DNA of 54,821 nt from an uncultured Actinomycetes bacterium (lineage in GTDB: Bacteria > Actinomycetota > Actinomycetes > S36-B12 > GCA-2699445). Positions 1 to 8,005 of this stretch are shown piece after piece; within the stretch, counting starts at the first letter, position 1, and each line of letters opens with the position of its first letter. Where the stretch lies: assembly GCA_964500995.1 (NCBI GenBank), contig CAZCRC010000001.1, positions 1 through 54,821 of the forward strand, read 5' to 3'. A program made the position numbers and the translations under genes. The notes under the pieces are model-generated. The model did not search any database and was not told the DNA's origin. It was given only the letters and a program-made list of their open reading frames with translations.

Positions 1-197
1 AACAGCAGCATCAGGTTCTGTTCGGGGCCGCCGGCCAGGTCCAGCAGCAGCAGGGCGGGGACGTAGCTGATGAAGTACACGGTGATCAGCACGCCCCACT
101 GCAGCTTGGTGGTGCGCTCCAGGAAGTTGTCGGTGTCGCCCTGCAGCGCGGTGCCCAGGCAGCGGAAGTCGCCGGTGTGACCGTCGAGTGGATTCAT
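1..197 (-). CDS. 5' part of a membrane-protein gene running off the left edge (family not recognised)
   Basis: Absent from the ORF track because it leaves the window. The minus-strand frame from ATG 197-195 reads MNPLDGHTGDFRCLGTALQGDTDNFLERTTKLQWGVLITVYFISYVPALLLLDLAGGPEQNLMLL. Nearly every codon ends in G/C, whereas the co-located plus frame does not. Contains a hydrophobic helix, VLITVYFISYVPALLLL. Confidence 0.45.
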   Translation of the reverse strand, partial: MNPLDGHTGDFRCLGTALQGDTDNFLERTTKLQWGVLITVYFISYVPALLLLDLAGGPEQNLMLL

Positions 198-602
198 GCC
201 GGGCTGCTCGAAGCCGACCTCCCCGACGCCGGGTTCACGCTGGTCTCGGCGCAGTACCCGGTGCTGCCTCGGACACCGGAGGCCACCAGCGAGCGGACGC
301 TCGCTGACAGCGTCGCGTCGGGTGGGACGCTGCTGTTCGTGCACCACGCCCAGTTCGGAACCCCAACCTCCGGCACCCCCCACAACCACCATCATGGCGA
401 CTACGAGGACCACGCCCCCGGATCGGGACCGTCGCACGAGTTCGACCCAGCCACGCTGGTGGGGGTCGAGGACATGCGCCGGTTCCTGACCACCGTCGAC
501 GGTTGGACGATCGAAACCCACGACGTGCGCCCGCGCGATCTGGCCACCGGCGCTGGTGCCCACCACACCGCGGACGTGGTTCTGCGGGCCACCCGGTCAT
601 GA
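177..602 (+). CDS. Small protein resembling only the C-terminal half of a class I SAM-methyltransferase fold; possible gene remnant
   Basis: ORF from GTG 177 with good G/C third positions. DLPDAGFTLVSAQYPVLPRTPEATSERTLADSVASGGTLLFVHH resembles the region after the SAM-binding motif of class I methyltransferases. No GxGxG-type motif exists upstream in any plus frame. Contains a His-rich insert, TPHNHHHGDYEDH. The start is uncertain: GTG 177 overlaps the divergent ATG 197, and the next in-frame GTG is at 261. Confidence 0.45.
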   Translation: MTVEWIHAGLLEADLPDAGFTLVSAQYPVLPRTPEATSERTLADSVASGGTLLFVHHAQFGTPTSGTPHNHHHGDYEDHAPGSGPSHEFDPATLVGVEDMRRFLTTVDGWTIETHDVRPRDLATGAGAHHTADVVLRATRS

Positions 603-626
603 GAGATCCGCAATAGGATCGGCAGC

Positions 627-1700
627 ATGGCTGTCCCGTTCGATGTGGCCGCCAAGGTCATCCCACCCGTGGCTCTGGTGGTGCTGGTCGCCGTCTGGGG
701 TCGGGACCTGGGTGGCCTCGCGGTCGCGGGGATCGCCATCCTGCTTATCGCCGCGGTGCTCGCTGCCGTGCATCACGCCGAGGTGGTCGCGCATCGGGTC
801 GGTGAGCCCTTCGGTGCCCTGATCTTGGCCGTTGCGGTCACCGTGATCGAGGTCGGCCTGATCGTGTCGCTCATGACGGCGGGTGGCCAGAAGGGCGAGA
901 CGCTCGCCCGCGACACGGTGTTCGCGGCTGTGATGATCACGTGTGCGGGGATCGTCGGGCTGTCCCTGCTCGTGGCCACCGCCACTCGGCGACCCATCGT
1001 TCACTTCAACTCCGAGGGCAGCGGTGCCGCGCTGGCCACGGTGGGGGCGTTGGCGACCTTGACCTTGGTGCTTCCGACATTCACCGTCAGCACCCCTGGG
1101 CCTACGTTCACCGCGGGCCAACTGGCATTCGCCGCGGTGTGCTCCCTGACGTTGTACCTGCTGTTCGTGTTCGTCCAGACCGTGCGGCACCGCGAGTACT
1201 TCATGGACGATCCGGATGAGGCGGAGGAAGGCGGTAAGGGCTCGACGAGGAAAGCCGGCCTGAGCCTGGGACTGCTGCTTGTCGCCCTGGTGGCTGTCGT
1301 GGGACTGGCGAAGATCACGTCACCCACCATCGAAGCCGGTGTCCTCGCGGCGGGCCTACCGCTCACTGTCGTCGGCGTCATCATCGCCATGGTCGTTCTG
1401 TTGCCCGAAGCCCTGGCGGCGGTCCGCGCCGCGCGACGGGACCGGGTTCAGACGAGTCTCAATCTCGCGTTCGGATCGGCGATGGCCAGCATCGGACTCA
1501 CCATCCCCGCGATCGCCATCGCGCAGATCTGGCTGCCCGTCCAGCTCAACCTCGGGCTGGCGCCCTCTCAGATCGTCCTGCTCGCGCTCACGATGTTCGC
1601 CGCGATCCTCACGGTCACGCCGGGTCGCGCGACCCTGCAGCAGGCCGGGGTGCACCTGGCGATCTTCGCGGCGTTCATCGCACTGTCCCTTAGCCCGTGA
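627..1700 (+). CDS. chaA: Ca2+/H+ antiporter, ChaA-type (CaCA superfamily)
   Basis: 357-aa polytopic membrane protein with two homologous halves. Motifs GEPFGALILAVAVTVIEVGLIVSLM and VVLLPEALAAVRAARRDRVQTSLNLAFGSAMASIGLTIP are typical of ChaA / ionic transporter y4hA-like proteins. Confidence 0.8.
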   Translation: MAVPFDVAAKVIPPVALVVLVAVWGRDLGGLAVAGIAILLIAAVLAAVHHAEVVAHRVGEPFGALILAVAVTVIEVGLIVSLMTAGGQKGETLARDTVFAAVMITCAGIVGLSLLVATATRRPIVHFNSEGSGAALATVGALATLTLVLPTFTVSTPGPTFTAGQLAFAAVCSLTLYLLFVFVQTVRHREYFMDDPDEAEEGGKGSTRKAGLSLGLLLVALVAVVGLAKITSPTIEAGVLAAGLPLTVVGVIIAMVVLLPEALAAVRAARRDRVQTSLNLAFGSAMASIGLTIPAIAIAQIWLPVQLNLGLAPSQIVLLALTMFAAILTVTPGRATLQQAGVHLAIFAAFIALSLSP

Positions 1701-1736
1701 TTTCCGTGCGCCCGTCACGCTCTCGCGGCGAAGCGG

Positions 1737-3407
1737 TCACTGCGGCCGGTACCGGAACGACTGCGGCAAGGTCGCATCGCGACCGTCAGTGTTGCGCACC
1801 ACGACGGCCACATGACCGATTCGTCGCGCACTCGTCTGGCACCTGATCCGACTGCTGTTCACGGAACTGATCCGGCATTTGGCGCCACCGATTCGGACCT
1901 TGACGCCAGGCAGGAAGCCCGTGCCACGCAGCCTCACCGGGGTCCCGCCCGCCTTCGGACCTCGCCCCGGCGAGATCGCAGTCAAGGTCGGCCGGGCGCC
2001 GCGGACCTTAGCGGTGGCTGGCGACGACTTCGTGGTCGGATCGGACCCCACCGTTGCGGTGACCGCTACTCGCAACTTCTGTCGGTACCAGGCACGCTTC
2101 ACCGTCAGGGAGTCCTGATCGGCGCCGCTGATAGATCGCCAGGACTGGTCTGACTTCCGCCGCTGCCACTGGTAGGTCACGGCTGGCGCGGGATCACCGG
2201 CGACCCCCGACGCAACGGCTGTCAGGGTCTTGCCGATCTGCGCTTTGCCCGCCACCAGCACCTCGCCGATGGACGGCCCCACGATCGGAACAGCTTGTCC
2301 GGTCGACATCGCCCACGCCCGCGGTGTCACTCCATTGGTCGCGGTGACTACGACGCGTACCGACTCGCCCGCCGCGGCAGCGGGAACCGTCAACGACGCA
2401 CTGTTCTGCCCGGCGATGTCCCGCCACGATCCTGCCTCGCCCCCGCCGCGCTGCCACTGGTAGCGGACTCGAGGCGACGGTGTTCCCTCGATGCCGGTCA
2501 CCTGGGCGGTGAGGACCTGACCGACCGCGGGGGTGCCGGTCACACTGGCGGCGCCCACCGCGGGCGCGGTTCCCCGCACGGCCACCGTGGCGGGTGATCG
2601 CGCTACGGCGGGCTCGCCCACGCCGTTGTCGCCCGTCACCACCACCCGCAACTGTTGTCCGACCTGACCCGCACCGACGGTCAACTGCTGCGCTGTCTGC
2701 CCGGGCAGCGACGTCCAGGACCCCGCCGATGTGGCTTGCCACTGATAGGTCAGCGTGGGTGCCGGCACCCCCGCCACACCGTGGACCGTCGCCGTCAGCG
2801 TCTTGCCGACGGCCACGTCCCCCACCACTCCCACGTCGCCGATCCGGGCACGGGTGCCCACCACGGGGCCCGATGTCACGACCGACGACACCGCCGGTGG
2901 GTCGACGCCGTTCGTGGCGGTCACCGTCACCCGCAGGTAGTCACCCAGTTCGTCGGAGCTCGGCACGAAGCCCGCCGCGGTGGCACCGGGCACCGTGGTC
3001 CACGGCCCGACCGCCGCGGGGCCGGTCTGCCACTCATACGTCAATGTGGGAGCCGGGTCGCCCGTGGCGCTGGTCTGGACCACCAACGCCGAGCCAACCT
3101 GGGGGGTACCGGCAATGGCGGTGCTGGCGAACGCCGGCGCTTCGACTGGGGGGCCGGGGACGAAGTACGTGAACCCGTCGGTCACCGACGCACCCAGACC
3201 CGTGCTGGTGTTTGTGACCGCGAGCGTGGCCGGACCCGCGACACCCCCGGGAACCGTCGCTGTGATCATCTCGTGGGACACCACGGTGACATCAGCGGCG
3301 TTGTTGCCCCCGACCGTCACCGTGGCCGGGTCCAGGAAGCCGGTTCCCGAGAGGGTGATCGAGTAGTTGCCGGCGGTACTGCCACTGCTGGGGACCACGC
3401 CGGTCAC
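1737..3407 (-). CDS. IPT/TIG-flanked Ig-like repeat protein (surface-protein-like, but no signal peptide found)
   Basis: The track ORF is 1737..3761, but its first ~118 codons are antisense to strongly coding plus-strand DNA. GTG 3407-3405 is preceded by AGGAGG (plus-strand CCTCCT at 3419-3424, 11-nt spacer). Architecture: an IPT/TIG-like domain (TVTGVVPSSGSTAGNYSITLSGTGF...FTYF), four ~95-aa repeats, then a second IPT/TIG-like domain (PTLTAISPGRGPKAGGTPVRLRGTGF...SFRY). Confidence 0.65.
   Translation of the reverse strand: MTGVVPSSGSTAGNYSITLSGTGFLDPATVTVGGNNAADVTVVSHEMITATVPGGVAGPATLAVTNTSTGLGASVTDGFTYFVPGPPVEAPAFASTAIAGTPQVGSALVVQTSATGDPAPTLTYEWQTGPAAVGPWTTVPGATAAGFVPSSDELGDYLRVTVTATNGVDPPAVSSVVTSGPVVGTRARIGDVGVVGDVAVGKTLTATVHGVAGVPAPTLTYQWQATSAGSWTSLPGQTAQQLTVGAGQVGQQLRVVVTGDNGVGEPAVARSPATVAVRGTAPAVGAASVTGTPAVGQVLTAQVTGIEGTPSPRVRYQWQRGGGEAGSWRDIAGQNSASLTVPAAAAGESVRVVVTATNGVTPRAWAMSTGQAVPIVGPSIGEVLVAGKAQIGKTLTAVASGVAGDPAPAVTYQWQRRKSDQSWRSISGADQDSLTVKRAWYRQKLRVAVTATVGSDPTTKSSPATAKVRGARPTLTAISPGRGPKAGGTPVRLRGTGFLPGVKVRIGGAKCRISSVNSSRIRCQTSARRIGHVAVVVRNTDGRDATLPQSFRYRPQ
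1992..3140 (-). repeat. Four tandem ~95-codon (~287-bp) Ig-like domain repeats inside the IPT/TIG gene
   Basis: Each unit carries the core P-x-[LV]-[TR]-Y-[EQ]-W-Q (PTLTYEWQ, PTLTYQWQ, PRVRYQWQ, PAVTYQWQ). This is followed by a LRV-V-T-A/G-x-N/G-G strand (YLRVTVTATNGV, QLRVVVTGDNGV, SVRVVVTATNGV, KLRVAVTATVGS). Confidence 0.7.
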
Positions 3408-3431
3408 CGTGGGTCCGCCCTCCTGATCCTG

Positions 3432-5969
3432 GTGCTGGCCGTCGCGACAGCGCTGTTCGGACTGACCGCCAACCCCGGGGTCAGCGCACAGGTGGCCGCC
3501 CAGTGCGACACGGACACCGTTGAAGTGGGCATCGTCAAAGCCACCGGCTGCTTCACCAAGCGCGTCCCGAACGGCGACACCGATCCGGTGTTCGACACCA
3601 CGGCGGCCTTTCGCATGAACGGCTTCGACGTCGCCCCCCATGCCGGTACGACAGTCACGTTCACCCCTGCCGCCGGCAAGCGCGGAGCCAGCGTCACGAC
3701 CAACAACGGCTTCGTCGATCTGACCGCCACGAGCAAGAGCGGTAAGTGGGGCACGATCCACTTCAACAACATGGTGTTCTCGTTCACCCCACCCAAGACC
3801 GGTGAGGTGGTCATCGCCACCAGTGCGCTGGCCCAGCCACTGCCCGTCATCACGGGTCTGACTCCGCTGGCGGTGTCCCAGCCGATCACGCTGACTGACG
3901 AGGGCGGGAAGTTCGACCTGAGTTTCTCGGTCGGCAGCTTCTTCCTGGAACTGGTCAGCGGCAGCGAGAAGGAGATGGCCGCCAGCATCGGTTTCGAGGT
4001 GCAGGACGGCAAGTTCTCGATCGCGAGCGGCAAGTTCTCGGTGGGCAAGTTCACGCTGGCCAAGTTGCTGACTGTCAACGAAGGCTCCCTTGAGATCGGC
4101 GCGGACAAGTTCGATATCGATGGCGACGGGGTGTTCACGGCCGTGTCCGGCTTCGGGGTGGTGTTCGGCACCACGATCGAGGGCAACCAGATGAAGCGGG
4201 CCACGCTGGGCATCTCCGAGATCAACAAGCCGCTCGGGTCCAGCGGGGTGTACCTGCAGAAGCTGGCCGTGTCACTGTTCCCGTCGCCGCCCTACGGCGG
4301 CTCGGGGACGATCGGGTTATCGGCTGGTCCGAAGACGTCGTTCTTCGGACGCAAGGTCACGGCCGTCGAGGCAGAGGGTACGGTCGAAGTCCGCGGCGAG
4401 GACACCACCAATCGGAAACCCGCCTACTTCACCGTGGGTGGCAAGTTCTCGTTGATGACGCTGCCTGTGGGCAACGCGAGCTTCTCGTACTACTTCGGGC
4501 AGGGCACCCGCATGAGCGCGAACGTGGGAATCGGGCTGCCCTCGGGCACGAACGACCCCAACCAGCCCACCTACGTCGGCGGTGGCTTCTCCGGCTGGAC
4601 CAGCGCTCAACACTTCGATCTCGAAGGCGACGCCAAACTCAAACTGCTGGGCATCGACTTGTTGGGGGCCAAGACCGTCGTGTCGGACATCGGTTTCGCT
4701 GGGTGTCTGCAGGTGGTGGCATGGATCGGCGGAGGCGTTCGCTGGTCCGACGGCCGCGGCGAACTCCTGGGGGGTTGGACCTGCAACATCGGCGGCTACC
4801 AACCGCAGCCGGGTGCCGCCCAGAAGATGAACGACGGCCAGATGCGGATGCGGTTGGACGACGAAGTCCGGGTGATCCGGGTCCGGGCACCCGAGGGCGA
4901 GCCCGCCCCCCAGATTCAGTTCAGTCAGCGGGGCGGGCCGCAGCTTGCCTCACCTGCGCCTGCCGACGAGGACGGCATGCAACGGTTCGAGGGCGGGGCG
5001 TCGATCAGCCACGAGAATGTGACCTCCCTGATCGTCAAGGGCGATGCGACGGGTCAGTGGACGTTGCGGCAGTTGCCGGGATCCAGTGGTGTCGAGACAG
5101 TCGCGACTGCCGGAGTGCTGCGGAAGCCCCGGGTAGACGCGTGGGTGACCGGAAGCGGACGCAAGCGGACGTTGCACTGGGATGCCCGCGAGATCAAACA
5201 CCAGAAGTTGCAGTTCTCCGAGACGCTGCCATCGGGACTCGAGGTGCCGATTCTTTCGACGGAACGGGCGAGCGGAACCGCGCGGTTCACTCCGACCCAA
5301 GGGCCGGGCACCTACAACAAGCGGCGCCCGATCTCGGTGGATGTGCGGCAACGGCTGAACACTCCACGCGACACGTTCACCGCGGGTCACTACCGCGTTC
5401 GTCGACTGGCGGCCCCGGCGAAGGTCCGTGGGCTGCAGGTCCATCGCCGCATCGACGACCTGATCGCTGACTGGAAGCCGGTGAGGGGAGCCGCCTCGTA
5501 CCGCGTTGAGGCCACGGCAGTGGGGGCCGGTGCCACCTACGTTGCGGATGTGCCCGCTCGACGCACACGGGCCCGGCTGGGTGTCGCCACGACCGATCAG
5601 ATGCGTGTGCGTGTATTCGCAATCAACACCCAGGACCGCGCCGGCGCTGCAGCGGTGCGCCGGATCGACACCGACAAGATCGTGCCGAGTCTTGGCGCTG
5701 CAGCGCGGCGAACTGCGGACTCAGCGACGTGGAATGGTGGTCGGCGGTTGTTCGTGGACGCGCCCTGCCCCGATGGCGGCTCCTGCGCGGGTGTCTTGCG
5801 GGTGGCCAGTGACGGCCGCACGGTGGGCCGCACCAACTTCACCGTGCCACCGGATCTGACGGATCGCGTACTGGTGCGGCTTGATTCCCGGCCGCGGGCC
5901 GACAGCCGCGTGGTGGTGCGGTTGACGCAGTCGGAAAGTCAGCGGGTGGCACGGGCGGACCTCAACTGA
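3432..5969 (+). CDS. Large secreted/envelope protein of unknown family with an FN3-like C-terminal region
   Basis: Long ORF with high G/C third positions from about 3420. Signal-like hydrophobic segment LLILVLAVATALFGLTANPGVSAQ. FN3-like stretch VRGLQVHRRIDDLIADWKPVRGAASYRVEATAV...VRVFAINTQDRAG. The first in-frame canonical start not buried in antisense-coding DNA is GTG 3432, which leaves no charged n-region, so the start is uncertain. Confidence 0.6.
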   Translation: MLAVATALFGLTANPGVSAQVAAQCDTDTVEVGIVKATGCFTKRVPNGDTDPVFDTTAAFRMNGFDVAPHAGTTVTFTPAAGKRGASVTTNNGFVDLTATSKSGKWGTIHFNNMVFSFTPPKTGEVVIATSALAQPLPVITGLTPLAVSQPITLTDEGGKFDLSFSVGSFFLELVSGSEKEMAASIGFEVQDGKFSIASGKFSVGKFTLAKLLTVNEGSLEIGADKFDIDGDGVFTAVSGFGVVFGTTIEGNQMKRATLGISEINKPLGSSGVYLQKLAVSLFPSPPYGGSGTIGLSAGPKTSFFGRKVTAVEAEGTVEVRGEDTTNRKPAYFTVGGKFSLMTLPVGNASFSYYFGQGTRMSANVGIGLPSGTNDPNQPTYVGGGFSGWTSAQHFDLEGDAKLKLLGIDLLGAKTVVSDIGFAGCLQVVAWIGGGVRWSDGRGELLGGWTCNIGGYQPQPGAAQKMNDGQMRMRLDDEVRVIRVRAPEGEPAPQIQFSQRGGPQLASPAPADEDGMQRFEGGASISHENVTSLIVKGDATGQWTLRQLPGSSGVETVATAGVLRKPRVDAWVTGSGRKRTLHWDAREIKHQKLQFSETLPSGLEVPILSTERASGTARFTPTQGPGTYNKRRPISVDVRQRLNTPRDTFTAGHYRVRRLAAPAKVRGLQVHRRIDDLIADWKPVRGAASYRVEATAVGAGATYVADVPARRTRARLGVATTDQMRVRVFAINTQDRAGAAAVRRIDTDKIVPSLGAAARRTADSATWNGGRRLFVDAPCPDGGSCAGVLRVASDGRTVGRTNFTVPPDLTDRVLVRLDSRPRADSRVVVRLTQSESQRVARADLN

Positions 5970-6035
5970 CTGTCAGGCTTTCTGTCGCTTCTCGGCCCCT
6001 GCCGCGTCGGGATTCGACCATAAGCCTGGCACCTC

Positions 6036-7823
6036 TCACCAGCCCAAGACAGCGCAGCGCCGGACTCCTTGATCGCCCCCAGGTATGCGGCCGGAACTGC
6101 GGCCGGGAACCTCGATGCGCGCGGCTCGACTCGGCGGCCCGGAACCGGCGGAGTTGTGAGCCACCACCCTGAACCCGACGGAACGCCCCCGCCAGGCCCG
6201 CTTGAGTCGGACGTCGTGCGTCGTGGCGGTGGTGGTCGCCACGACGCTGCAGCGGGACCGCGACTTCGACTGCAGTTCGTACGACAGATCCGCGCTGCCG
6301 GGGTTGCGCGGCGGTGTCCACCTCACGTTGACCGCCTTACGGCTGACTCGCGTGATGCGCGGCTTGGCGGGCGCACCCGGTCGCGTAAGGTCCGGTGGCG
6401 CGGGCGTCGCTCCGGGAGCGGCCGGACTCGATGATGGTGCGGTGCTGGGACTCGGGCTCGCACTCGAGCTGGGACTGGTGCTGGTGCCTGCGCTGGGGGT
6501 GGGGCTCAGGCTCGCGTTGGGGCTGGGACTCGAGCTCGGGCTGCTGCTTGCGCTCGGGCTGCTGCTGGCGCTCGGACTCGAACTGTTCGATGGACTGGGG
6601 CTGCTTGAGCTCCCGCCCGCACAGTTGGGGGGACTCGTGTCGGGCTGGATGGTGATGCGCAGGGTTCCGTCGGTGGGCAGTTCCACGATGGGATTGCGTT
6701 CCGGGGTGTGGTTGAACGTGTCGCCATACGGGAAGCCGTAGGCATCGGTCAGCGGCCACAGGGCGGCCGCCCAGACGTTGTAGTTGCGTGCGTTGGGCTG
6801 CGCCCCGGCGAACGGTCCCGGCGGTGTCGCGACGTCGAACTGGGCGGTGTCATTGCCGTAGTCAGGGCTGCCCCAGAAGCCGTACGCGAACCCCGCCACC
6901 AGGTCGCGGTAGGCGGCGGAGTAGATGTCGTTGCCGGAGTGCGGTTCCCCACCGACCAGGTAGGGGCTGTTGTTGCCGTAGATGCCGTTCGTGTCGTTGC
7001 CACTGTTGCCGACCAGCGAGCGGCCGGTGACATCGATCGGCAGCAGATCGTCCGGGCCCTGATCGACCAGTGTGAGCAGTCCCGGACCCTCGGGGTCGTC
7101 GGGATCCGACCGGAAGGCACCCACGTAGTCGTACGACTCCCCCAGCGCGCTCCCCCGTACCCGCAGTGGAACCCCGGCCAGGGACCCCACGTAGTTCTCG
7201 AACGTCGGATAGCCGCTGGGGTGGAGCCCGCTGACGATATTCGGCGACACGACACGCAGGAACCGATCGTCGGAGTCCAGGCGCAGGGTCTTGCTGAAGT
7301 CGCCACCAGCAGCGGTCAGTTCCTCGGCCAACGTGTCGCGGACGACATCGGTGTAGCAGCCCCACCGTTTGGCCCCGACCAACTGCCCATCAGCATTGAA
7401 CACCTCGAGGTCCAGCGGGATGCCGAACATGTCGACCGCGGTCAGGTTCGCCACACCGGGATAGGTGAGTTCGACCGCGTCGTAGCGCACCTGCGAGGTG
7501 TCGGGGCTCGGTTCGCCGTGCGCGGGCAGTGATTGACCCAGGGACACGAATACGCGTCCCGAACGGACTGACGGCACCACGAATGACTCCCGAGCCGACA
7601 GCGGCTGCGGTTCGGCGACGACCTCTGTGCCGCCGGCTTGCGCCACGACGAAGACCTCGTCGGCGGAGAAGTCGGGGTTGTTGTTCACCACCGTGATCAT
7701 CAATCCCTCAGCGGCACTGCTCGGCGGTGCGATGACATAACTGCCCACCAGGGTGACCGCCGCCGCCCCGGCAACCACCACTGCCATCCGTTGTCTCGCG
7801 TCCCCACGACTCCCCATGGTCAC
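6036..7823 (-). CDS. Secreted GH64-like beta-1,3-glucanase-fold protein with a Ser/Pro linker and a C-terminal FN3 domain
   Basis: Signal peptide MAVVVAGAAAVTLVGSYVIAPPSSAAEG. ITVVNNN..., SGRVFVSLG, YDAVELTYPGVANLTAVDMFGIPLDL, FLRVVSP and AYGFPYGD follow the pattern of laminaripentaose-producing GH64 glucanases (recalled from the Streptomyces enzyme). Followed by a long S/P linker, then the FN3-like stretch KPRITRVSRKAVNVRWTPP...FRVVAHNSAGSG. Confidence 0.6.
   Translation of the reverse strand: MTMGSRGDARQRMAVVVAGAAAVTLVGSYVIAPPSSAAEGLMITVVNNNPDFSADEVFVVAQAGGTEVVAEPQPLSARESFVVPSVRSGRVFVSLGQSLPAHGEPSPDTSQVRYDAVELTYPGVANLTAVDMFGIPLDLEVFNADGQLVGAKRWGCYTDVVRDTLAEELTAAGGDFSKTLRLDSDDRFLRVVSPNIVSGLHPSGYPTFENYVGSLAGVPLRVRGSALGESYDYVGAFRSDPDDPEGPGLLTLVDQGPDDLLPIDVTGRSLVGNSGNDTNGIYGNNSPYLVGGEPHSGNDIYSAAYRDLVAGFAYGFWGSPDYGNDTAQFDVATPPGPFAGAQPNARNYNVWAAALWPLTDAYGFPYGDTFNHTPERNPIVELPTDGTLRITIQPDTSPPNCAGGSSSSPSPSNSSSPSASSSPSASSSPSSSPSPNASLSPTPSAGTSTSPSSSASPSPSTAPSSSPAAPGATPAPPDLTRPGAPAKPRITRVSRKAVNVRWTPPRNPGSADLSYELQSKSRSRCSVVATTTATTHDVRLKRAWRGRSVGFRVVAHNSAGSGPPSRAARIEVPGRSSGRIPGGDQGVRRCAVLGW
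6390..6617 (-). repeat. Low-complexity Ser/Pro-rich linker-coding region
   Basis: Encodes GGSSSSPSPSNSSSPSASSSPSASSSPSSSPSPNASLSPTPSAGTSTSPSSSASPSPSTAPSSSPAAPGATPAPP. The DNA shows reiterated gggct/gagct-type short repeats. Confidence 0.8.
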
Positions 7824-8005
7824 TCTCCGCTCCCGTAACTCCGCAGCGTGACTGATGCGTGACAGTCATGGTGCATCGCCATCGACGCGGAACTGCACTC
7901 GACGTCGGCATTCGGGTGACGGCAGCGGCTCGGGGTTCCTGGATCCGATCATGGCCAACGCCGACCCTGACTACCGTGGCGGTGAATGGAAGATGGGAGC
8001 CAGAC

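Noticed and set aside
3408-3761. N-terminal extension of the IPT/Ig-repeat ORF up to the ATG at 3761.
   Set aside because: This stretch is antisense to strongly coding plus-strand DNA (the secreted protein), has no signal peptide and has poor composition. GTG 3407 with an AGGAGG upstream is preferred.
7849-7868. TGACTG-N8-CAGTCA inverted repeat between the GH64-like and GH31 genes.
   Set aside because: The arms are only 6 bp, which is expected by chance in a 180-bp spacer, and there is no second copy.
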